This document shows, piece by piece, positions 1-11,470 of a stretch of DNA of 64,000 bases (the stretch's first letter is position 1; the number at the start of each line of letters is the position of its first letter). The stretch is from Octopus bimaculoides (Eukaryota): contig NC_068990.1 in the NCBI RefSeq assembly GCF_001194135.2, forward strand, positions 55,551,874-55,615,873, in the 5' to 3' direction. The position numbers were made by a program, and so were the translations under genes. The notes beneath the pieces are model-generated. The model had not been told where the DNA came from. It made no database searches and saw only the letters and a list, made by a program, of their open reading frames with translations.

Positions 1-103
1 GGTTAATATTATTATTGTTCACCCCTTCAGTGCGTGTTCGAAATTCAAAAATCAGTTCATTAAATTTTCAGATCTATCTCCCAGTTGTCACGACCTAATT
101 TGA

Positions 104-160
<57 letters not shown>

Positions 161-199
161 GTCTGTCTGCCTGTCTGTCTGCCTGCCTGCCTGCCTGCC
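104..199. repeat. Compound microsatellite (TATC)n-(TGTC)n-(TGCC)n
   Basis: Directly visible tetranucleotide arrays that grade into one another. Confidence 0.95.
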
Positions 200-397
200 A
201 GTCTGTCTGTTTAAAATTTCTGTATTAAAGGTTCATATTGTAATTCAAATGGTAATTCATATGGTAATTCAAAATAATAATTAAAAAAAATCGTGGAGTT
301 ATTTCCGTCGGGAATGGTCAGTTTGGACCACCACATCAGAAGACAGAACGAAGAAATGGACGAAAAAATCTGTTGGAAAAGTGATCGCAAATGATTA

Positions 398-436
398 GAT
401 AGATACATAGATAGATAAACAGAGAGAGAAAGAGCG

Positions 437-474
<38 letters not shown>

Positions 475-503
475 AGGAGAGTGAAAAGAGAGTGAGAGAA
501 AGA

Positions 504-547
<44 letters not shown>

Positions 548-548
548 C
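398..548. repeat. (GA)n / purine-rich tract
   Basis: Directly visible; explains the spurious SLSL ORF 336..758. Confidence 0.95.
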
Positions 549-659
549 TGTGGGAGAAAGAGAGATGGAGTAAGGATGGAATAAAAACTGGAGACAGAAA
601 TAAATGGATGAATGAGTGAACGGAGCGTCGACCGCGCGAAGCAGTGTAACGGGAGGAGA

Positions 660-1010
660 CATTGGTGTTAACACCCTTATTGCTGCTTGAACCAGTATTT
701 TAGAATTTACTTCTCGTTTGAGCCAGGTGTAAACGATTCTCCTAAATGCAATCCACATCTTCTGCTACAGTTAGACTAAGATTTGCATTTTCCTAAAAGC
801 CTCTACTTGATGTCATAGTCTGCAAGCTTGTCTTCAACTACTATGTTCTTGTTCAATGTAGTGATGTTCCACTTCTCGATGCTCCCAAAGGAAATGGTGT
901 AGTTGTGTAGGTTTTTCTTGATGTCCTTGCTAATCTGATATAACATTTTATGCTAGAAGCGTCGTTCAACCCTCCAGGCTTGATCTCAGCCTTATGACAG
1001 AATGACCTCT
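660..1010 (-). mobile_element. Possible heavily decayed LINE AP-endonuclease N-terminal fragment
   Basis: The minus strand reads ISFGSIEKWNITTLNKNIVVEDKLADYDIK, loosely like the APE start (I-x-T-W-N-V-x-T-L...Y-x-I-D). Several stops. Confidence 0.3.
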
Positions 1011-2707
1011 ATCTTGCAGTGACAACGGAGCATGCATGTAGTGCCTCTACAAGAACAAGTAGCTTCCGTGACAGAGATTGCAAGATGCGAAAAGATAGTG
1101 CGTGCCTATTAAAAAGCTTTCTATACCTGTGTGTGGGAGGAAAATGTTTATGAGCTTACTTAAGAATTTATCCCATCAATGCCAGAATTAGCATCATGGG
1201 TGAAAGGAGGCGTGAACCTGATCGTTATCTTTATGACGAGTTCGTGTTGGGCGAGTATGTGCGTAAGTAATCGAGCTAGAGAAAAAGTACACGTTACACT
1301 ATATCGTGTATAATTTACTGCAACCTCAAACTTTCCAAAACATTACTTCGAATTTTTTGTTGTCAACCTTCAAATGATAATGGAAAAATGAGCGTGATAC
1401 CTATAAAATTAAGCATAAGATCTTTAGTGAGCAAGCTTATTCTCACGGTTGGAAAGTTAATAATGAAAATATATATTTTAAAATTCGTTTGGCAAAAATG
1501 ACCATCCCGAAATACAACAATATATTTTTAAATGTAAATATCTATAGTAGAAATATCATTATAAACACTATTACACAAAAAATAAAGGAAACTCGTTAAA
1601 ATAATTAATAAACGCAGCGTTCGTATATCAATAAATAAATATGAAAGGAAAATGATGCAAGAAAATTTATAGATCAAAATTATTTTTAAATACAACTTAT
1701 TTCTGTTACATTTTACTCTCATATAAGAAAAAAAAAAAAAAAATGACAAAAATCAAACAGTATGTAAAGTGGAATTTTTTTTTACCAAGAATTTACCAGA
1801 ATGCGTACAAGAACCAACATATTTTAGCTCCATCTTTCGAAAGAATAATCTTGTTCTAAAATAATCAGTTTTCAACAATACAGAAATTGTATCACATACT
1901 AAAACAAAAGTTACTAGCATCAAGTGGTCGAAGTTAAAAATGTTAGCTATTGGGTAGATAAATAATAACAATAAAGTTAACTACATAAATACAGGATCGT
2001 TTTCTTTTTTTTAAATAGGTGCCCACATTTTGACAAACACTTGTTCGGTCAGTGGAAAGTACTGCTCACACCAGGCTAGATTTTAACCTGGCAATCACTT
2101 CATTCTCCATTTACACAAATACGGATTCTCACATTTCCTCTGTGTGTGTGTGTGAGTGTGTGCGTGTGTGTGTGTATTTGTGTGTGTGTGTGTGTGTGTG
2201 TGTGCGTGCGTGTGTGTGCGTGCGCATGTGTGTTGTATAAAGAATACCGCACATAAAAAAAGAATATCTAATACTTGAAAAACTTTTGTCAGTTGACCAC
2301 CATGAATTAAGATTACTTACTCATATAAGCATTTCCCACAAACCTAGTACACCCTGGAAATGCATTTCTTAGATACATTAGTACCGATAGCAGATTACAT
2401 AAGAGTCGCCCATGCTTCAAACCATATTCTATTGCATACATATGTTATCTATCTAAGGGACATAATTTAAAATCTATAAAAAGAGTTGTGGCACTTCACC
2501 AAAAAATCACGAACTTACATGGCAGCAGCCATTTTGAATTTGTCTGAAGATTGTAAAAGCCATACCGGTTTGTCTTCTCTGAGAATTCAAAAACGGACTG
2601 AGGGCGAAACTTTAGAAACAAAACATTGGTAATTCTTAATAATTGTATTATACAAAGAGCAAATGTAAGTTTGTTAACAGTGTTGAGTTCTATAATCCAG
2701 TTACTAA

Positions 2708-2708
<1 letters not shown>

Positions 2709-2803
<95 letters not shown>
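2709..2803. repeat. (CA)n microsatellite
   Basis: About 47 uninterrupted CA units. Confidence 0.97.
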
Positions 2804-2806
<3 letters not shown>

Positions 2807-2947
2807 TACAAATTATAGCGTCTTTCTTGATACGACAATTATTTATCAAAACAATATAGCCTGTAAAAATTTACAAGCTTAATCCTTAGATTAGTCTTAG
2901 AGTGCAGGGTATTATTTCCTCTGCATGCATATATGTATGTATGTATG

Positions 2948-2981
<34 letters not shown>

Positions 2982-3019
2982 TGTGTGAGTGTGTGTGTGT
3001 GTATGTATGTATGTATGTA

Positions 3020-3262
3020 TGTTCTCTTCTGTTTTTAATTATCTAAACTCTTCCTTTGCGGAAGGAACTGGTTTCTAACAACAGTAGAAAGCTCCATCGT
3101 TGGAACGTAGATAACGAAAACAATGGCACATTCATAACTTGAGAAAAGTCTTGCATATTTCTACTGTTCTACTCACATGTTGTATTCGTAATGTACGAGT
3201 TAGTTGGCTGATTTCTTTTTCTGAAAGCCCTAGTTTATCCAAACTGTCAGTTAGGCATTTAC
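3020..3262 (-). mobile_element. Interspersed repeat ending in a (CATA)n tail; related copies at 19828-20090 and 20110-20295
   Basis: Shared blocks such as ctcttctgtttttaattat, ggtttct, gataacgaaaacaat and gagaaaagtcttgcatattt align between copies. Two of the copies abut (TATG)n. Confidence 0.75.
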
Positions 3263-3430
3263 TCAGATAACTAAGTACACCATTTATTATTAGTAAATAT
3301 AAATAAATGTAAATTTGTAATCTGGAATATAGCTACTAGAGGTTTCGAAGCAGTTGTCCACATACGTATGTATGTATGTATGTATGTATGTATGTATGTA
3401 TGTATGTATGTATGTATGTATGTATGTGTG

Positions 3431-3767
3431 AAAGCGCATGGCTCAGTGGTTAGAGCGTCGAGCTTACGCTCGTGAGGTTGTGAGTTCGAATCCCGGACCG
3501 GGCTGCGTGTTGTGTTCTTGAGCAAGACACTTTATTTCACGTTGTTCCAGTTCACTCAGCTGTAGAAATGAGTTGCGACGTCACAGGTGTCAAGGTGTAT
3601 CGGCCTTTGCCTTTTTCTTGGATAACACTGGTGGCGTGGAGAGGGGAGGCCGGTATGCATGGGTGACTGCCGGTCTTCCATAAAACAGCCTTGCCCGAAC
3701 TTGTGCCTGGAAGGGTAGCTTTCTAGGTGCAAACCCATGGTCAGTCATGACCAAAGAGGGTCTCAGC
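3431..3767 (+). mobile_element. tRNA-derived SINE with CORE-like domain
   Basis: A box tggctcagtgg and B box gagttcgaatccc, then CORE-like ttgagcaagacactttatttcac...cagctgtagaaatgagt. Flanked by (TATG)n. Confidence 0.85.
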
Positions 3768-4692
3768 ATGTATGTATGTATGCATGTATGTATGTATGTA
3801 TGTATGTATGTATGTACGTACGTACGTTTGTGGGAATGTACTTATGAATGTAAGTATGTGTATATATGCATAAATATATATTCATAAGTATGTAGGCTTG
3901 AATATAAGTATGGTCAAGTCATCTGTCTAGCTTGAAGCATTTGATCTTTGTAACAGAAGGTATGTAATAAAATCCACCCCGATAAATGTACCCTTTGTGG
4001 CTTTGCGTCCAAAGCAGAAGTTCCAAACAACCACAGTTGTGAAACGAACGCGGGAGCATGCACGAAGGTGTGCATATAACAATTTCTCCTTTATATATAT
4101 ATATATCTGTTCCTCTCTCTCCCTCACTCTTCATCCTTGACTCTCTCATTGCTCACACGTGACCAGCGGTCATCTTTCTTTTCCTAACTTGAATTTCTTT
4201 CTTTCTTCTCGTTCAGCTACAGAGGCAGCACGCATTTTTGTTTGTCTCCTGTCAAAGCTTGTTTCTCCAGCGTCACCACTTAACCTCGCTATAGCTTAAC
4301 AGCCTTTACCGTTTGTTTTCACTGTCCTGTTTTTTCTAACAACTTTGACCCCCCCCCCGCAAATCCTCAATTTTATTTAATTCGCTTTGCGGAGCAACTG
4401 TTTTGATGAAGACACATCTTGTCCTAATGCTCGAAATGCGAAGTAGATAAAACAATTAGCAACTTATGATGGGATTGTTCTTTATGTTGCCTGTCTTGTT
4501 TTCTCTTTGTTTCTTTCGTCGTTCGCAAAAAGAGTTCGTTTTCCATGTTTTCGTATTTCATGTTGTTTACGTTTTTTGACGTCCTGTACCCATATATGGA
4601 TGTGTATATACATATATATGTAAGTATGTACATGTATGTATGTATATATGCATATATATATATAATTTATATATATATATATATATATATAT

Positions 4693-5378
4693 NNNNNNNN
4701 NNNNNNNNNNNNNNNNNNNNNNNNNNNNNNNNNNNNNNNNNNNNNNNNNNNNNNNNNNNNNNNNNNNNNNNNNNNNNNNNNNNNNNNNNNNNNNNNNNNN
4801 NNNNNNNNNNNNNNNNNNNNNNNNNNNNNNNNNNNNNNNNNNNNNNNNNNNNNNNNNNNNNNNNNNNNNNNNNNNNNNNNNNNNNNNNNNNNNNNNNNNN
4901 NNNNNNNNNNNNNNNNNNNNNNNNNNNNNNNNNNNNNNNNNNNNNNNNNNNNNNNNNNNNNNNNNNNNNNNNNNNNNNNNNNNNNNNNNNNNNNNNNNNN
5001 NNNNNNNNNNNNNNNNNNNNNNNNNNNNNNNNNNNNNNNNNNNNNNNNNNNNNNNNNNNNNNNNNNNNNNNNNNNNNNNNNNNNNNNNNNNNNNNNNNNN
5101 NNNNNNNNNNNNNNNNNNNNNNNNNNNNNNNNNNNNNNNNNNNNNNNNNNNNNNNNNNNNNNNNNNNNNNNNNNNNNNNNNNNNNNNNNNNNNNNNNNNN
5201 NNNNNNNNNNNNNNNNNNNNNNNNNNNNNNNNNNNNNNNNNNNNNNNNNNNNNNNNNNNNNNNNNNNNNNNNNNNNNNNNNNNNNNNNNNNNNNNNNNNN
5301 NNNNNNNNNNNNNNNNNNNNNNNNNNNNNNNNNNNNNNNNNNNNNNNNNNNNNNNNNNNNNNNNNNNNNNNNNNNNNN
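4693..5378. other. Assembly gap (others at about 9784, 18080, 20476, 20709, 26009, 29845, 30520, 34094, 39965, 57816, 59742 and 61828)
   Basis: N runs, mostly bordered by microsatellites or repeats. Confidence 0.99.
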
Positions 5379-5438
5379 GGCAGACGAAATACCGCTAAGC
5401 ATTTCGCCCGGCGTGCTAACGTTTCTGCCAGCTCGCCG
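5379..5438 (-). mobile_element. SINE family A, head fragment at gap edge
   Basis: Reverse complement of gcggcgagctggcagaaacgttagcacgccgggcgaaatgcttagcgg, which matches the full copy at 52528. Confidence 0.85.
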
Positions 5439-6414
5439 CATCTTGTGAGAGAGTGTGTGTGTGTGTGAGTGTGTATGTGTGAATGTGTGTGTGAGTGTCG
5501 GTGAGCATGATTGTGAGTGTGCAAGTGTGTGTGTGTGTGTGTAAGAGATTTTCTGTTAATCTACTATGAGAGAATTTTATTTTCTGGCCATTTCCACTTA
5601 TCCGATGCTTATTTAACCAAGAACTGACACGTGTTTTATCGTACTTCTATGCAGATTACTTCAGAAGAGGAAGGTTTCTGTTGGGCTCGTATGTAAATAG
5701 TTAAGTTGATGTTAATATATATAATGTAGTGAGTTAGTATCAGATATTTCAACAATTATGTGACCAGGAAAAGATAACAATACCCTAAGAATTGATAAAT
5801 ATTATGAAAATCATTTCGTTAGCTTGGGGAAGTGTCTTTTACCAAAGTCTCAAGTTTGCCCAAAATCTTGTGGTCCGACGTTGGAAAACAGAGTCAGTTC
5901 ATAAGCTCGTTGTACTAACGCACAACGAGTGTGGGAGTGTGTATATGTGTGTGCATGTGCATACGTACAGATGTGCATACGTACGCATGTGCATACGTGC
6001 GCACGTACGCATGTGCATGTGTGTGAGCGTTTGTATGCGTTTGTATGCATTTCTCCGAATACTGAAGAAGAAATGATGAATTGCTTGTAAATTGAGTATG
6101 TTTACAATCTTGTTGTACTAACACACGTGTGTGAGCGTGGGTATATGTGTGTGCGCGTGTGAACGCATGTGTACGCAAGTGCATGTGTGTATGTGTGTGA
6201 GTGCTTAGTTCTCGTCATTGATCTCTTACATCATTTGACTAATTCCTGAGAGATAAACAGCTAATCCTTTCATATAAGCAACAAATCCAGTAGTTTTACA
6301 AATCTGGGACTACTAATTTGCGTGCTGTAAGAGTTTAACACATTATTTATTATCAGGGGCCTGTCAACGACGATCCCAGTCCACACATTATCAAAGTATG
6401 ATATAGTACTGTAC

Positions 6415-6737
6415 TGACACTCCGTCGGTAACGATGACGAGGGTTCCAGCTGACCTAATCAACGGAACAGCCTGCTCGTGAAATTAACGTGCAAGTGGCT
6501 AAGCACTCCACAGGCACGTGTACCCTTAACTTGGTTCTCAGGGAGATTCAGCGTGACACAGAGTGTGAAGAGGCTGGGTTTTTGAAATACAGGCTCTACT
6601 CATTTTTGCCAGCTGAGTGGACTGGAACAACGTGAAATAAAGTGTCTTGCTCAGGTCACAAAGCGTCGCTGGGAATTGAACTCATAACCTCACGATCACG
6701 AGCTGAATATCTTAACCACTAAGTCACGCAACTTCAC
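6415..6737 (-). mobile_element. tRNA-derived SINE with CORE-like domain and a distinct 3' body
   Basis: Minus strand shows A box tgacttagtgg, B box gagttcaattccc and tgagcaagacactttatttcacgttgttccagtccactcagc, the same head/CORE as 3431. Confidence 0.8.
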
Positions 6738-7030
6738 ATATAGCATATGTGACCTATGAAATAGGTTATATACACATATTTAACTATTTCCCCATGGTTG
6801 GAAAAATAAACAATCTTGATCGATTTTCTAACCATATTGCCTTCTCATCAGAGGTGTCCACGTCATTTGACCCACCCCGGAGAAATAAGCAGCCAATCCG
6901 TTTATATACACAACAAATCCAGTAGCTACAGAGAATTGGAGCTACTAGTTTGCATATTATAAATGTTTAACATATTTTTTTTAAATATCAGGGTGTATGT
7001 GTGTGTACATGTGTGAGAGAGTGTTATTTC

Positions 7031-7165
7031 TTTACTACCCACAAGGGGCTACACACAGAGGGGACAAACAAGGGCAGACAAAAGGATTAAGTCGATTATA
7101 CCGACCCCAGTGCGTAACTGGTACTTATTTAATCGACCCCGAAATGGTTGAAAGGCAAAGTCGAC
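7031..7165 (-). mobile_element. SINE family A, 3' portion, broken at aaagtcgac
   Basis: aagtcgattataccgaccccagtgcgtaactggtacttatttaatcgaccccgaaa...ggcaaagtcgac matches the other family A copies. Confidence 0.8.
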
Positions 7166-7175
7166 AGTATCATGG

Positions 7176-7467
7176 TATTGTTGTTGTTGTTTGTTCCTTC
7201 TCAGGTCATGCCTGGCTCATAAGGGACGGTTACCTGGTTTCATTGGCGTATAGGTTCCCAGCCTGGACAGGACGCCGATCCGTCGCAGGTGAGCTGCTAG
7301 ATGCAGGAGGGAAAAGTGAGAGAAAGTTGTGGTGAAAGTTGTGGTGTCGGAGCCGCGTGGAGCTTAGGTGTTTCGCTCATAAACACGCACATCACCGTCT
7401 GAGATTCGAACCCACGATCCCTCGACCGTGAGTCTACTGCTCTAACCACTAGGCCATGTGTTTCCAC
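7176..7467 (-). mobile_element. tRNA-derived SINE with V-domain-like segment and (CAA)n tail
   Basis: A box tggcctagtgg and B box gggttcgaatctc. The segment cctgcgacggatcggcgtcctgtccagg resembles the V-SINE core CCTGCGATGGACTGGC.CC.GTCCAGG (recalled consensus). Confidence 0.7.
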
Positions 7468-7513
7468 TAGTGTCGAAGTATGCAGTTCTATATTTAAGAA
7501 ATGAGGAATTATG

Positions 7514-7728
7514 TACATTATTTACATTTGACGGATATTTGTCCTCATCTTGTTAGTTGTTGACACAAAATTTCGGCTGATATACCCTCCAGCCTTCATC
7601 AGGTGTCTTGGGGAAATTTCGAACCTGGGTTCTCATTCCTAAGGTATTTTTCGATGTTATTATTATCATCATCATCATCAACGTTGTAACAAGATGAGGA
7701 CAAATATACGTCAAATGTAAATAATGTA
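7514..7728 (-). mobile_element. Penelope-like pLTR-type short element with hammerhead motif and an inverted terminal copy
   Basis: 7514-7675 is homologous to 57316-57480. 7681-7728 is the reverse complement of the element's 3' end. Confidence 0.8.
7562..7607 (-). ncRNA. Minimal type I hammerhead ribozyme motif with degenerate stem III
   Basis: Minus strand reads GACAC CUGAUGA A GGCUG-gagggUaUaU-CAGCC GAAA UUUU GUGUC. Stems I and II pair perfectly; the ACGU palindrome of stem III is mutated to AUUU. Confidence 0.7.
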
Positions 7729-7945
7729 TCAAGGTATTATATAATAATATATGTCGACCTGCGTATTAAACATTTAAACATGTAAAAAATTTATCCATTT
7801 CCCTGTAGATTGAACAGATAATGAACAACCTTAATCGATCTTCTACCTTTATGGGGTTTCGACCAATCTCAGAGTGCGTGGACTATTTGAGGACACTAAA
7901 TTAACAGTGTATTACTCTCTTTAAACCAATTAAAAGGATTTTATT

Positions 7946-9140
7946 TCTTTCAGATCTTCCATGGCAGAAAAAAATGCTAACAACAGAAACGGAAAGATAT
8001 ACAACCATTTTTGCTATATGTGATCTTTCAGATCTTCCATGGCAGAAAAAAATGCTAACAACAGAAATGGAAAGATATTCAGCCATTTTTGCTATATGTG
8101 CGGAACACTGCGATTTATAAATTTCCAACTTTCTAAATGTTGTAAGATCTTTTATACATAAAGTTCTGATGGAATTGGAAGCCACTGGCAGAAATTTTAC
8201 AACTGTACCAAAAAAAGAAAAAAGAAAACCATTCTCAACGTTCTGACACCAAAAGGACGCCGCATTTCATCCAGTAGGTTCAAAACATTATTGGTGATGA
8301 TGGCGGAAAATCAAAGAGGACCACTGTGGTACACAAGAACATTTGATACGATCGTATGTTCTGAGGAGAAACTAGTTCATGTCTACAAAGGAAAATTGTT
8401 TGATCTGTGTCAAATGGTTACTAAGCAAGGTTTAAAACCCTTATGAACGTGGCATGCTTTGGTTCGACAAGGACAAAAAGTCTGACAGGAGATATAACAG
8501 ATGGCTATGTGCAGATCTTTCAGCTGTCCCCAGAGTGATGCACACTAAATATCCAGTAACTGCGATGGTTATAAGAGTAGTGAGTAACGAAAGTCATGTC
8601 ATACAACCTCGCATCTTTCCATCGGAGTCTTAGAATTAATGCTACTGGATACATTGAGATTCTGGAGACAGTTGTTACTCCCTGGATGGATGGAATACAC
8701 AGTGGAAAGCGATGCGCATTTCAACAAAACCAAGCACCTTCTCATAAAGCCCATGTAATACGAAGATGAATGTCATAATCTTCATGGTCATTTAAAACCA
8801 AACTTGTGGACTAAGAACTCGCAGAATTAAATACCATAGACTACTACATTTGGAGCGTTGTTGAAAGGAGTCAGCATCCTCACAGTATCTTAGCTTCTCT
8901 GCAGGTCGCCATTGTTCATTTGATGTCCAATATGACAAAGGACCATTTAGTGTCGGCACGTCAGCAAGTCCAATCTCACACTGAAATAGTCATTGAAATG
9001 AAGTCAAATTCGAAGAATAATCTTAAAAGAAAGGCTATTAGAAACATGTGTACAAATATTTATAAAAATACATGTGGTTTTTGCTAGAGTTGTTTTATAA
9101 ACTTACCAAATATGTAGTCAAATATTTCTTCCACCCTCTG
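7946..9140 (+). mobile_element. Decayed Tc1/mariner-superfamily (maT/DD37D-like) transposon; transposase pseudogene at about 8050-9010
   Basis: Translated fragments EMERYSAIFAICAEH..FLNVVRSFIHKVLMELEA, VPRVMHTKYPVTAMV, YIEILETVVTPW, FQQNQAPSHK and PIDYYIWSVVER match the FQQDxAPxH and NPLDYYVW motifs. Many stops and frameshifts. The left TIR was not recognised. Confidence 0.8.
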
Positions 9141-9296
9141 TGTATGTATGTATGTATGTATGTATGTGTGCGTGCGTGCGTGTACGTGTGTGTGTGTATA
9201 TGTATGCATATAAATGTATATATTTTATTTATATACATACATACAGACGCATATATATATGTATGTATGTTTGTCTACATATATACGTTTATCTGG

Positions 9297-9347
<51 letters not shown>

Positions 9348-10230
9348 GTCAATATCGACATTTTATGGGCCATCTTGGAAATATCTGAACCACTCATACA
9401 CTTGTGTGCAGCTCATACGCTCCTCTCGATACACTTTCTGCAACTTTGCGTAGGCCTTTGAGCAGGTGTTGCCATGACAACTTTCTCTGTCATGGTCAAT
9501 GCGACGATCACACGCTACACACCTTCATTCCAAGCACTGCTGTAAACAGCGAATGTAAGTTAGAACGTTAAAATTCAGTTAGCATGCACAGCAAAGTTCA
9601 ATCAAAGTCAATATTTGCCAAGCGGCTTCACTCTGTGTGCTTCAGCTTCGTTAGTATCAGTCCGGATACTTATTGATCAGATATTGATACTTATTGATCA
9701 TACATACATATATATATGTATATATATGCATGTATGCGTATATATATATATATATATTGGCTGTGTGGTAAAAAGCTTGCTTANNNNNNNNNNNNNNNNN
9801 NNNNNNNNNNNNNNNNNNNNNNNNNNNNNNNNNNNNNNNNNNNNNNNNNNNNNNNNNNNNNNNNNNNNNNNNNNNNNNNNNNNNNNNNNNNNNNNNNNNN
9901 NNNNNNNNNNNNNNNNNNNNNNNNNNNNNNNNNNNNNNNNNNNNNNNNNNNNNNNNNNNNNNNNNNNNNNNNNNNNNNNNNNNNNNNNNNNNNNNNNNNN
10001 NNNNNNNNNNNNNNNNNNNNNNNNNNNNNNNNNNNNNNNNNNNNNNNNNNNNNNNNNNNNNNNNNNNNNNNNNNNNNNNNNNNNNNNNNNNNNNNNNNNN
10101 NNNNNNNNNNNNNNNNNNNNNNNNNNNNNNNNNNNNNNNNNNNTGACAGGATATATATATATCTGGCACCCTGGCATCCGAAACTCGGAGTTTATCATGG
10201 CTACTGAATAAGTGTCGCATATTTTTACAG

Positions 10231-10278
<48 letters not shown>

Positions 10279-10677
10279 ACACATGCACATATATATACAT
10301 ACATACATACACACACACACAAACATATATATATGCATATATGAATGTGTGTGTGTGTGTGTGTGTGTCTGTGCGCGCGCGCGAATATACATATATTATC
10401 GATTCAGAAAAAATATTTAAAATTCCCGGGAGAGAAGGGTAATAATAGTTTCCTTTGGAAAATACTATGTACGTATATATGTGTACATACACACACACAC
10501 ATACACAGAGGCACAAAAAGCACACACACTCGCACACACACGAACACATTAGCTTGCAGATCGATGGACGCTATCAATCTCACGTGACCTTCAAACTATA
10601 AATAAAACGAACATCTTCAGACAATCTGAAAGTTTATGGCGACTTAACACTGCAATTTTAATGATTATAAACAATAA

Positions 10678-10693
10678 ACACAATTATATACAA

Positions 10694-10782
<89 letters not shown>

Positions 10783-11152
10783 ATGCATTTGTAAACATAC
10801 ACAGATGCATACACACACGCGCGCGCATATATACATATATATGTATGTATATATGTGTATTTATATGTGTGTATGTATGCATGCATGTATGTATGCACGA
10901 ATGCATGTATACATGTATGTATGTACGTACGTATGTATGTGTGTGTGTAACTATGTATGTATGTATCTATGTATGTATGTATGTATGCATGTATGTATGT
11001 ATGTACGTGTGTGTGTTTGTATGTATGTATGTATGTATGTATGTATGTATATGTGTGAATGTATGTGTTTGTGTATGTATATATGTGTGTATGTGTGTGT
11101 ATGTATGTATGTATGTATGTATGTATATATGTATGTGTGTATGTGTGTGTGT
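10678..11152. repeat. (TATC)n followed by a degenerate (TATG/TG)n satellite
   Basis: Directly visible; source of the spurious YLSI and CMYV ORFs. Confidence 0.95.
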
Positions 11153-11470
11153 CATCATCATCTTCATCATCATCGTTTAACGTTCGCTTTCCATGCTAGC
11201 ATGGGTTGGACGGTTTGACTGAGGTCTGGAGTGCCAGCGGCTGCACCAGGCTCCAATCTGATCTGGCAATGTTTCTACAGGTGGATGCCCTTCCTAACGC
11301 CAACCACTCAGAGAGTGTAGTGGGTGCTTCTTACGTGTTACCCCTACAGGAGCCACTCAGGCGGGACTGTCATCGATCACGTTCGTATAGCGCTTTTTAC
11401 GTGCCGGTCAGGTAGTACTGGCATCGGCTACGTTCGTATGGTGCTTTTTGTGTGCCACCGGCACGTATGC
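11153..11470 (-). mobile_element. MetaSINE-like element (3' part) with (GAT)n tail
   Basis: Minus strand ggttggcgttaggaagggcatccacctgtagaaac resembles the Meta domain (recalled consensus). Tail ...gttaaacgatgatgatg. Confidence 0.7.

Noticed and set aside
3431-3505. Apparent tRNA genes (also 6660-6737, 7395-7467, 26571-26645, 51970-52042, 57520-57590)
   Set aside because: They have A and B boxes but imperfect cloverleaves and continue into SINE bodies, so they are SINE heads.
4482-5524. Long ORFs containing X runs (also 9615-10549, 20597-21835, 29769-30782, 39721-40842, 57772-58140)
   Set aside because: They are open only because N-gaps contain no stop codons.
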